Shown in pieces: positions 55,963 through 64,000 of a stretch of DNA of 64,000 nucleotides. Both the position numbers and the translations under genes were made by a program. Under the pieces are notes generated by a model. It did not search any database, was not told the origin of the DNA, and was given only the letters and a program-made list of their open reading frames with translations. Position 1 is the first letter of the stretch, and every line of letters begins with the position of its first letter. Source of the DNA: Parvibaculales bacterium. GTDB lineage: Bacteria > Pseudomonadota > Alphaproteobacteria > RS24. The stretch lies in the NCBI GenBank assembly GCA_049889535.1, contig JBMHDF010000011.1:18459-82458 (forward strand), written 5' to 3'.

Positions 55963-58773
55963 CTAGTATTTCAGTCTCAGACGGACGCCAGCAGTTCTTG
56001 GACGATTGAAGAACCGTGTATTATCTCTTTGAGTGATAATAATGGCCTGAGGCTGAACTTCATCAGTAATGTTGTTGACATATGCTTCCAGACGCACTTT
56101 GTCGCTATCATTTGGTGAGAAGCCCAAACCAGCATCAAATGTCCAGTAGCCATCAACCTTACCGTCTAAACGACCTGTGTTATTGGTCTCACCATAAAGA
56201 CGTGAGTTAAACAGTGTCATATATTGCGAAGAACGGTAGCCAGCTGAGATAATCCAATCCAAACGACCATAATCATTAATCAGGTGAGATTGGCTCAGAT
56301 TAGCACGCAATTGCAATTTAGACGCACGCGGCAGCTCATTACCATCAATAGAGACCAGACGCTGGGCTTCATAACGTGAGTCTTGGATATCCTCATCAGC
56401 CTTCACTTCTGTATCCATATAGACAGCGTTCAAATCAAGGTTCAAACCATTGTTAAAACGAAGACCCGTCTCAACATTAAGACCCATAATTTCTGCGTTT
56501 GAGGCGTTGAAGTTAAAGGTCACAACTTGTGTCTGAACGTTTTGAGAAACCAGGCTTGGGTCAATACCAACAACACCCAAAATGCTTTCAACTGACATTA
56601 GAGTTGATAGAACCATATCTTCATAATCATAATAGAAGAGGTTCACATTCAGGCGTACATCCGTGTCCCCATACTCAAATTCTCTTTTAGAACCGATTTC
56701 GTAATAAATGACTTTTTCACTGTCATATTGAGGCGCGAGTGTATCGACATTAAAGTCTGTTGGAGCAACACCTGATGGTGTGATTTGCAAGCCATCTGTA
56801 CCTTCAATATTGTCATTGAAACCACCGGCCTTATGACCTGTTGCAACAACGGCATAGGCCATCCAATCAGGATCAATATCATGCTCATAGCGCAAGCGCC
56901 AATCAGTGAAGTCATTCTCGATACGGCCATTCTGCATGCTGATATTACCATAAGCGACAGCATAAGAATAAAATGGCCAGTTAATGCCATTAGCAGGGTC
57001 TGGCAGCAAACAGCCGCTCACATCTGTGGAGTTTGTGTCCACACAACGACCTAACTGAACTCCCGCAGCGGCGGCTTCAGCTCGCTGTGTCGCAAACCAT
57101 GGCTCGTACCACCAGCCACCAGGCAATTCAACACCAGCACCAAAAACTTCATCAAGATTGTCATTTGCACCAAATTGTGAAACGCCATTTAAGAAGAAGG
57201 CGACACGCTCATTACCTGTCAATGTTCCGTCACCATTCGTGTCTGGGTTGTAAATGGTACGGTCAAACTTAGCGAATTCAAAACCTTGCGTACCCAAACG
57301 AGCTGTCCCGACATCGCCCCAAATCATTGAGCCGTCCCAGCCGCCCAAGGCAAACCGGTAGGTGGCATTCACACCATAACGGTCTTTTTCTTCCTCTGTA
57401 CGACGCACACCTGCTGTGATGCGGCTATGATCAGTCAACTCATATGTACCATCAAAGTAAACCGCTTCACTTTCAGACAGCGTACGCTGGTTAAATTCTT
57501 GGCCTAAGAAGCTACCGTGATTGGTGTCAGCAATTGAACCAAGAAATGATTTTTGCTTTTCAATAAAGCGGAAAATACCAGCAGACCAAGTCAGCTTTGA
57601 CTCAGGGTTATTCCCAACAAAGCGTAATTCTTGCGAGCGAGACCATGAATCAGCAACAGTATCGAAGAAAGAATAATTATCATAAATTTCACGCGCAGGA
57701 CGGTTGCCAATGAGATTATCATAAACACCGGGATAAACTGGGCTCAGCGGTGTTGCCGCACGATAATCATAGGTCAAGTCACGAATACCTGTGGTGAACT
57801 CAACATCAAACCAATCGGTTTCGTAATCAATCTCGACCTTATAACCTTTATGGCTTGTGTTTTCTTCAGGCGAACCAGCATAACGCGCAACCACTGTGCG
57901 TGGGTCGTCAATATCATCAGCTGCAATGCCATTGCCGAGCGGATTTGCGTAGTTTGTACCTGTGTAACCAGTGCCTTCCTCGCGAATGCTTTCAAATGTG
58001 AAAGTTGCGCTCAAGCGCTCAGTTGGCTCAATATAATAGCTAGCACGGAAAGCTGTATTATCAGCTGCTTCAGCAAGCTCAGGCTTTTCAGCGCCTGTTA
58101 AACCAACATCAGCTGCTTCAGGTGATGCATTTGAATAATATGAATCACGCTTCATTTGATAATAGGCTAAGCGGAAGGCAGAATTATCGCTTACTGGCAA
58201 GTTTACAACGCTTTCAAGTGTTTTTTCGTTATAGCTGCCATATCCAACCTCTACCATAGCATCAAAAATGCCGAGGCCTGGTTTGAAAGGAATAACATTC
58301 ACAGAACCTGCCATGGCTTGGCGCCCGCGCAGAGTACCCTGTGGGCCAAAATTCACCTCAACGCGCTGAATATCAAAAAAGGCAGAGCCAAAACCTGATG
58401 GACGAGGCACATAAACACCATCCATATGCGTAGCTGCTGCTGGATCGCCAAGCTCAGTATTATTAGAGCTACCAACACCACGAATCCATACCTCAATATT
58501 ACCTTGATTATTGGCAATATTCAGGCCCGGATAAGCGCCATCCAAATCCTGGATTTTTGTTAAATTTAAGCTTTTTAATGTTTCATTATCAAAACTTGCA
58601 GCTGTACCGCCTAAATCCTGCAAAGATTGCTCGCGGCGCTCAACTGTCACAACGATTTCATCAAAGCTAGGGGATTCAGTGGCTGTTTCTTGGGCATGCA
58701 CTGGGGCCATAAACAAGGCTGCGGATGCACCAATAAACACATGCTGCAGTAAATTTCTTTTAAAAGATCGCAT
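55963..58773 (-). CDS. TonB-dependent outer-membrane receptor
   Basis: Signal peptide, TonB box/plug DEIVVTVERREQSLQD, a long beta-barrel, and a C-terminal aromatic residue (..RLRLKY). Confidence 0.92.
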   Translation of the reverse strand: MRSFKRNLLQHVFIGASAALFMAPVHAQETATESPSFDEIVVTVERREQSLQDLGGTAASFDNETLKSLNLTKIQDLDGAYPGLNIANNQGNIEVWIRGVGSSNNTELGDPAAATHMDGVYVPRPSGFGSAFFDIQRVEVNFGPQGTLRGRQAMAGSVNVIPFKPGLGIFDAMVEVGYGSYNEKTLESVVNLPVSDNSAFRLAYYQMKRDSYYSNASPEAADVGLTGAEKPELAEAADNTAFRASYYIEPTERLSATFTFESIREEGTGYTGTNYANPLGNGIAADDIDDPRTVVARYAGSPEENTSHKGYKVEIDYETDWFDVEFTTGIRDLTYDYRAATPLSPVYPGVYDNLIGNRPAREIYDNYSFFDTVADSWSRSQELRFVGNNPESKLTWSAGIFRFIEKQKSFLGSIADTNHGSFLGQEFNQRTLSESEAVYFDGTYELTDHSRITAGVRRTEEEKDRYGVNATYRFALGGWDGSMIWGDVGTARLGTQGFEFAKFDRTIYNPDTNGDGTLTGNERVAFFLNGVSQFGANDNLDEVFGAGVELPGGWWYEPWFATQRAEAAAAGVQLGRCVDTNSTDVSGCLLPDPANGINWPFYSYAVAYGNISMQNGRIENDFTDWRLRYEHDIDPDWMAYAVVATGHKAGGFNDNIEGTDGLQITPSGVAPTDFNVDTLAPQYDSEKVIYYEIGSKREFEYGDTDVRLNVNLFYYDYEDMVLSTLMSVESILGVVGIDPSLVSQNVQTQVVTFNFNASNAEIMGLNVETGLRFNNGLNLDLNAVYMDTEVKADEDIQDSRYEAQRLVSIDGNELPRASKLQLRANLSQSHLINDYGRLDWIISAGYRSSQYMTLFNSRLYGETNNTGRLDGKVDGYWTFDAGLGFSPNDSDKVRLEAYVNNITDEVQPQAIIITQRDNTRFFNRPRTAGVRLRLKY

Positions 58774-58880
58774 TATAAGATACCTCCCATCTTATTTGAG
58801 TATGGTGCATTTTTTAAACACTTATTATATTGACGGAAGTTCAATGCGACGAATGCCACAAAAATTGCGATAAACAGCTT

Positions 58881-59684
58881 TCACTGCGTGTCTTCAAATA
58901 AATTACGGATAATCTTTCTATAAGTGCGGCTTACTGGAAACTCTGACCCATCAGCCAAGAACACATAATTTGGCTTTCCACTTTCTAGACAATAACGCTG
59001 AATTTTATCGGCTTGCACAATGCAAGATCGATGAATTTTTAGAAAACCGTAATCCTGCAACCGCATTTCCATAGATTTTAGCGTTGCGCGGATAAAATAT
59101 ACTTTTTTTCCATCTGAAAAACGAACATAGTCGCCATCAGATTCAACCCAAATCACATTATTTAAATCAACAAAAACCCGCACCCCCGCATTTTTGACGA
59201 CTAATTTATCCGCTTTTTCTTTTGCAGGCTTGCCCCTCATATCCGTTAATTGAGTAATTTTCTTGTCAATCTCCTGCCCCTCACGACTGACCAAAGGCAC
59301 AGTATGAAGTGAGGGATGAGATAACATTGATTTTGCACGCCCAAGCGCCTCCATTATTCTATTTTCTGTGAAGGGCTTTAAAACATAATCAACTGCCTTA
59401 ACCTGAAACGCATCTAATGCAAACTCAGTATGAGCCGACACAAAAACGACTAGTGGTAATTTTACTATTTTTGACTGTAAGACCTCAAGAAAACGGAACC
59501 CATTTAAAATCGGCATATTAATATCAATAAAAATTAAATCAGGGCAGTTTTGCGCAAATGCATGGAGCGCCTCTGTTTCACGGTAAAAGCACCCTAAAAC
59601 CTCAACCTCCTTAACATGCGACAGGATTGCCTCTAAATACTCCGCAGAAATTCTTTCATCATCTAAAATACCAACGCTAATCAT
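58881..59684 (-). CDS. LytR/AlgR-family response regulator (REC + LytTR DNA-binding domain)
   Basis: ILDDE...LIFIDINMP (phospho-acceptor Asp) and a C-terminal LytTR block KIHRSCIVQADKI. Confidence 0.9.
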   Translation of the reverse strand: MISVGILDDERISAEYLEAILSHVKEVEVLGCFYRETEALHAFAQNCPDLIFIDINMPILNGFRFLEVLQSKIVKLPLVVFVSAHTEFALDAFQVKAVDYVLKPFTENRIMEALGRAKSMLSHPSLHTVPLVSREGQEIDKKITQLTDMRGKPAKEKADKLVVKNAGVRVFVDLNNVIWVESDGDYVRFSDGKKVYFIRATLKSMEMRLQDYGFLKIHRSCIVQADKIQRYCLESGKPNYVFLADGSEFPVSRTYRKIIRNLFEDTQ

Positions 59685-60817
59685 CAGCCAAGCTCTAATC
59701 TTATTTTAACGCCACCAAGCGATGATTTTGAGGCACTCAAATCAAAACGCGTGCCATATATAACTTTTAATCGTTCTTTTAAATTCGGCAAACCAATGCT
59801 CTTTGCGGGACTGTCCGATGCAATATTTTGCAAATCTTCGGCGCGAATTTCACCTGAGTTCTCAACAATGATAATCAATTTATCTTGACGCATACTCGCC
59901 TTCAAATGAATAAAAAACTTCTCATTTGACTTGCTGTAAGGCAGTGCGTGCTTGAAAATATTTTCAAAAATGGGAAGCAATATTAAATTTGGAATCTTAA
60001 TATTTTTCGCTTTCTGCGACACTTCATAATTAAAAACCAAATCCTCTCCATAGCGCACACGCTGCATATTGAAGTATTTTTCAATTATTTTTACCTCTTC
60101 CTCGAGCGATATTTCATCCATCGGGTCCAAATCTAAAGACAGCCTCAAAAGACCCGCTAAAGATTGTATCATCTCCATCGCCTCTTCATTGCGCTTCATC
60201 GCAATCAGCCCGTTCAAAGAGTTAAGAGAGTTAAACAAAAAATGCGGGTTATCTTGGTAACGTAAAATTTTAACCTGGTTTTCTTGTGCAAGGTTTTCCG
60301 CCGTCAAACGTTTTATTTTTTCTTCATTGGCCATCATTTCACTTTGACGCAATGTTTCTTTTTCAGTCTGTAAGTTCAAGAGTGTTTTAATGGCATGATA
60401 AAACGCCATCCAGCTGGTAAAAACAAAAATAGATCCAAATGCCCAGCCACCAAAATCATCCCAAATGTCATATTCTTCAGCAATCCATAAAAAAGTTTGC
60501 ATCCGCAATACCGTCCACATATTGGCGCATATAACAACAATCACGACATTAATAGCGATAAGAGAAACCGTCGCTTTTTGCCAGACTCTGCGCCCTATGT
60601 AGCGCATAGGCATTGTGAAAAGCACACCAAATAAGGCCTGTAAAATAATATGAATGACATGCTCTAGACGAACCTGCTCATACCAAACGGTAAGGGTTAA
60701 AAAGGTGACAAAACTAAAAGCGGTCCAGCCGATGATTTGGAAAAACCAAAAATTAATGAGTTTCCCAGACCGCATATAATCGTCTAAAAAATTTCCAGTA
60801 AGCGTTATATTTGACAA
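59684..60817 (-). CDS. Membrane sensor histidine kinase, LytS/YehU type
   Basis: About 4 TM segments, NPHFLFNSLNSLNGLI (H-box of the His_kinase family), and a C-terminal GHKL ATPase. 1-nt TGATG overlap with the response regulator. Confidence 0.85.
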   Translation of the reverse strand: MSNITLTGNFLDDYMRSGKLINFWFFQIIGWTAFSFVTFLTLTVWYEQVRLEHVIHIILQALFGVLFTMPMRYIGRRVWQKATVSLIAINVVIVVICANMWTVLRMQTFLWIAEEYDIWDDFGGWAFGSIFVFTSWMAFYHAIKTLLNLQTEKETLRQSEMMANEEKIKRLTAENLAQENQVKILRYQDNPHFLFNSLNSLNGLIAMKRNEEAMEMIQSLAGLLRLSLDLDPMDEISLEEEVKIIEKYFNMQRVRYGEDLVFNYEVSQKAKNIKIPNLILLPIFENIFKHALPYSKSNEKFFIHLKASMRQDKLIIIVENSGEIRAEDLQNIASDSPAKSIGLPNLKERLKVIYGTRFDLSASKSSLGGVKIRLELG

Positions 60818-60891
60818 AAAACCACCCTACGAGCTACCGAGCGAATAAAAGCACTCAGGTTCATTCAAAAACAAAGCTATCGTAATAAAGT

Positions 60892-62061
60892 TTATCTGTC
60901 CACAATCCAGCCGCCACCAAGCACGCGCCCGCTCAAATCTTCACTGCCGTAGAAAACACAAGCTTGACCTGGCGACACACCTTCTTCTGGAATAGCTAGT
61001 TCGACTTTGGCTTTGCCATTATCCAAAAGCGTTAATGTGGCCTCTTGTGGTTGGGTGGTTGACCGTATGCGCGCTAAAATCGGCATTTCGCCAACCGCAT
61101 CGCAATCGGCATCACCAAGCCAGTTAACCTCATCAAGGTGAATGATTGTTTTGGCGAGTTTTTCACGCGGGCCTACAACGACGCGGCGCGCGCCTGCATC
61201 AATTTCCAACACATAGAGCGGGTCACCAGTCGCAACGCCCAAACCCCGCCTTTGCCCTATAGTATAATGCAACACGCCCTGATGCTGGCCTAAAACATTG
61301 CCGTCCAAATCAACAATTTCACCCGGCAAATCACAATCTGGCCGCAGGCGTTTAATCACAGAGGCATAATCCCCATTTGGTACAAAGCAAATATCCTGAC
61401 TATCAGGTTTATCGGCGGTTATTAGCCCCAATTCAGAGGCAATCGCGCGAATATCATCTTTGGTGAGTTGCGCCAGCGGGAAACGCAAATAATCCAGCTG
61501 TTCTTGGGTTGTTGAAAATAAGAAATAGGATTGGTCACGCGCCTCATCTACAGGGCGGAACATTTGCCATTGCCCGTTATGCTGGCGCGTTTCAATATAA
61601 TGCCCTGTGACCAAAGCATCTGCCCCCAAATCACGCGCCGTGGCTAATAGGTCACGAAATTTAACTGTCTCATTACAGCGCACACATGGAATGGGGGTAT
61701 GGCCAGCTAAATAAGTATCCGCAAAATCATCCATAACTGACTGCTTAAACCGGCTTTCATAATCTAAAACATAATGCGGTATATCTAACGCAGCTGCAAC
61801 GCGACGCGCATCGTGAATATCTTGACCCGCACAACACGCACCTTTGCGACGCACCGCCTCGCCATGATCATAAAGTTGCAAAGTGATACCGAGCGTTTCA
61901 TAACCAGCCTGTTTAACCAGCGCCGCCGCCACCGAGCTGTCCACACCGCCAGACATAGCCACCACCACACGCTTTGTCGCACGCGGTTGCGGGCCGAGAT
62001 TTAGGTCAATCTCAGCCAGCTTGCTGTTATCTCGATTTTCCAGCGCTTCAGACATCATCAT
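60892..62061 (-). CDS. mnmA: tRNA 2-thiouridine(34) synthase
   Basis: [16 protein letters not shown] (PP-loop), [19 protein letters not shown]. Start placed at the ATG run 62061-62053. Confidence 0.92.
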   Translation of the reverse strand: MMMSEALENRDNSKLAEIDLNLGPQPRATKRVVVAMSGGVDSSVAAALVKQAGYETLGITLQLYDHGEAVRRKGACCAGQDIHDARRVAAALDIPHYVLDYESRFKQSVMDDFADTYLAGHTPIPCVRCNETVKFRDLLATARDLGADALVTGHYIETRQHNGQWQMFRPVDEARDQSYFLFSTTQEQLDYLRFPLAQLTKDDIRAIASELGLITADKPDSQDICFVPNGDYASVIKRLRPDCDLPGEIVDLDGNVLGQHQGVLHYTIGQRRGLGVATGDPLYVLEIDAGARRVVVGPREKLAKTIIHLDEVNWLGDADCDAVGEMPILARIRSTTQPQEATLTLLDNGKAKVELAIPEEGVSPGQACVFYGSEDLSGRVLGGGWIVDR

Positions 62062-62185
62062 TACCCATGCTGATAAAGGGGCTTCACACCCGCTCACGCC
62101 TGTTCACAGTTTTTTGATTTGCAAGTGAACAGCCCTGCACATGAGATAGACCCGTAAAGCTATTTGGTCAATAGATGAGGACAAA

Positions 62186-62863
62186 ATGCGTATTTTAGTA
62201 ATTGAAGATGATCCGGTTTTAGCAAATTGCGTCACAGAGATTTTAGCGGTAAATGGCCATGAATCCGAGCTGGCACAAACCTGCGAGGATGGCATTTATC
62301 TTGCCGAAACCGGCGTTTATCAACTCATAATCTTAGATTTAGGATTGCCCGACATGAAAGGGGTTGAGGTGATTAAAGAAATCCGTAATCACCAGCAAAA
62401 TATTCCAATTCTTATTTTATCGGGGCAAGTTCAGCTGGAAAATAAAATCGAAAGCCTCAATAAAGGGGCTGATGATTATATGATTAAGCCCTTTCACCGA
62501 GATGAATTAATCGCCCGAATTTATGCGCTGGTGCGGCGCGCTGAGGGGCTTGAAAGCCACTGCTTACAATATGGACAGCTCAAAATTGACCTCACCCATG
62601 CGCAAGTATATGGCCCAAATGGTCTTGTCTCGCTCACGGACAAAGAATATCGGTTGTTTGAAATTTTGTGCCGGCGAAAAGGCAATCCAGTCACGAAAGA
62701 AGCAATTTTGGATAATTTATATGGTGGCATGGATGAGCCAGATGCAAAAATTATTGATGTGTTTGTTTGTAATTTACGCAAAAAACTGGCCGCTGCCAAT
62801 CAAGGAGAAGATTGCATACGCACAATCTGGGGGCGCGGCTATGCCTTGAAAGACAAGCTATAA
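62186..62863 (+). CDS. ctrA: Cell-cycle response regulator CtrA (OmpR family)
   Basis: LIILDLGLPDM, GADDYMIKPFHRDELIARI and LYGGMDEPDAKIIDVFVCNLRKKLA...IRTIWGRGYAL. The last block closely resembles the CtrA block I recall. Confidence 0.85.
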   Translation: MRILVIEDDPVLANCVTEILAVNGHESELAQTCEDGIYLAETGVYQLIILDLGLPDMKGVEVIKEIRNHQQNIPILILSGQVQLENKIESLNKGADDYMIKPFHRDELIARIYALVRRAEGLESHCLQYGQLKIDLTHAQVYGPNGLVSLTDKEYRLFEILCRRKGNPVTKEAILDNLYGGMDEPDAKIIDVFVCNLRKKLAAANQGEDCIRTIWGRGYALKDKL

Positions 62864-62927
62864 ACAGCCTTGATAATTGAAGCAAATATGCAAAACTGTT
62901 AGGACTGCAAGATAAAAATATTGAAAG

Positions 62928-63746
62928 ATGCACCCTATGTCCGGTTTTGATTATACTGCCCCAGCGAATATGCACCTGCTCTGTAGTCTTGCGATTCAGG
63001 CGGGTATCAACACCATGCGTCATTATGAAAAAGGGGTTCAAATTCAAACCAAAGCCGATGACAGCCCGGTGACACTGGCGGATCAAGAAGGCGAAGTGAT
63101 AATCACACAAGGCATTCATGCCGCGCACCCCAATGTACAAATCATTGGTGAGGAAACTTTCGACCCGAATAAGGTTCAGCAATTAGACAAGATGTTTTTT
63201 CTGCTCGACCCGCTCGATGGCACAAAAGAATTCATCAATAAAAAAACCGATTTCACCGTTAATATTGGCCTGATTGAAAACAACCAGCCAGTTGCAGGTG
63301 TTGTTTATGCGCCAGCCAAACAAAAGCTTTTTTTCACACTGGCTGACGCGGCATATCAAATTGACTTAGCGCCAACAAAAGCAGCCCTTGAGGGGTTTGA
63401 CATTACAAAAGCCCAGCTCATAACCACCCGCGCGCCCAACGACGCGACGGGCTTAACTGTCGTCGCCAGCCGCTCTCATCGCACTGCCGAAACAGATGAT
63501 TTTTTAAAAACAATAAAAGTGAAAGAGCTTATTTCCGCAGGCTCATCTTTGAAATTTTGTTTAGTAGCGGCAGGTGAGGCTGACCTCTACCCACGATTTG
63601 GCCGCACAATGGAATGGGATACAGCCGCCGCCGATGCTGTGTTGCGCCGTGCAGGCGGCATTGTTGAAAATGAGGATGGCGCTCCCCTCACCTATGGCAA
63701 GATAGAACGCGGGCTAGATAATCCGTTTTTCATCGCCCGAGGCTAG
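62928..63746 (+). CDS. cysQ: 3'(2'),5'-bisphosphate nucleotidase (inositol monophosphatase family)
   Basis: IIGEE, LLDPLDGTKEFI and WDTAAADAVLRRAGG. The start could instead be ATG 62937. Confidence 0.85.
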   Translation: MHPMSGFDYTAPANMHLLCSLAIQAGINTMRHYEKGVQIQTKADDSPVTLADQEGEVIITQGIHAAHPNVQIIGEETFDPNKVQQLDKMFFLLDPLDGTKEFINKKTDFTVNIGLIENNQPVAGVVYAPAKQKLFFTLADAAYQIDLAPTKAALEGFDITKAQLITTRAPNDATGLTVVASRSHRTAETDDFLKTIKVKELISAGSSLKFCLVAAGEADLYPRFGRTMEWDTAAADAVLRRAGGIVENEDGAPLTYGKIERGLDNPFFIARG

Positions 63747-63910
63747 ATAGAAATATCCTTTAACCGATTGATTTATATCATTTTATCTTAAATTATCTGC
63801 CCCGCAAATTTGCAGCATAAGACTCCCCTGCCAGTAAATGGTAAAATAAAAGACGAATCAGCCAATCATAATAAGGCGCACTGCTGAAAAAAATGCTGTG
63901 GGAGAACACT

Positions 63911-64000
63911 ATGTTTAGCGACGTTAAAGAAAGTAAATCATTATTCACTAGCCTCTGGCTTTATTTTTTGAGCGTTGCCGGGCTGCTCGCGCTTTTATTC
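63911..64000 (+). CDS. Start of a hypothetical membrane protein (truncated by the window edge)
   Basis: GGAGAA ribosome-binding site, then ATG 63911: MFSDVKESKSLFTSLWLYFLSVAGLLALLF. Only 30 codons are visible. Confidence 0.3.
   Translation, partial: MFSDVKESKSLFTSLWLYFLSVAGLLALLF

Noticed and set aside
63760-63774. TTAACCGATTGATTT downstream of cysQ, a near-miss to the CtrA box TTAA-N7-TTAA
   Set aside because: The second half-site is ATTT rather than TTAA. No full CtrA box was found here or upstream of ctrA.

Overview
This looks like a chromosomal segment from a marine-type alphaproteobacterium. That is inferred from GTTC-N7-GTTC SOS boxes in front of recA and umuDC, a ctrA response regulator, a one-cysteine DksA, and a green-tuned proteorhodopsin. 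I see about 60 protein genes and one tRNA-Met. I recognised no rRNA, CRISPR array, transposase, integrase or phage genes.

Housekeeping genes:
- rpsD (cut by the window edge), a TrmJ-like methyltransferase, icd, alaS, recA and dksA.
- A ferredoxin-NADP reductase, chorismate mutase and 2Fe-2S ferredoxin trio.
- bioA and bioFD, thiolase, rpoN, mnmA, ctrA and cysQ.

Functional modules:
- An Entner-Doudoroff operon (zwf-pgl-edd-glk-eda) with a divergent LacI repressor and a perfect palindromic operator over its -35 box.
- Next to it, a TonB-dependent receptor, a GH3 beta-glucosidase, a Na+/solute symporter and a LytS/LytTR two-component pair.
- SOS-controlled umuDC.
- A PCuAC-like protein followed by znuC and znuB, with no binding-protein gene in the window.
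- Proteorhodopsin followed by a beta-carbonic anhydrase / Tat-FecR-domain operon.
- A ClC-CBS channel homologue whose stop overlaps the rpoN start.

Accessory or odd regions:
- An AT-rich single-gene cassette encoding a eukaryote-type BMT5/DUF2431-like methyltransferase, sitting next to an AlkB-like gene.
- A DUF805 gene and a DUF7662-like fusion protein.
- A tightly overlapping GT4 / methyltransferase / alpha-toroid operon, convergent with a GPH-transporter / methyltransferase pair.
- An AT-rich O-antigen-ligase::GT4 fusion gene.
- An AT-rich membrane-protein islet (DUF2628-like, EI24/CysZ-like, NfeD, anchorless SPFH) near the tRNA-Met.

I did not recognise any known defence system. The candidates for undescribed biology are listed under findings with modest scores. 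All calls come from reading the translations and DNA by eye; no searches were run. Several start codons were moved from the ORF-track start, which often uses TTG or GTG, to an ATG preceded by a ribosome-binding site.
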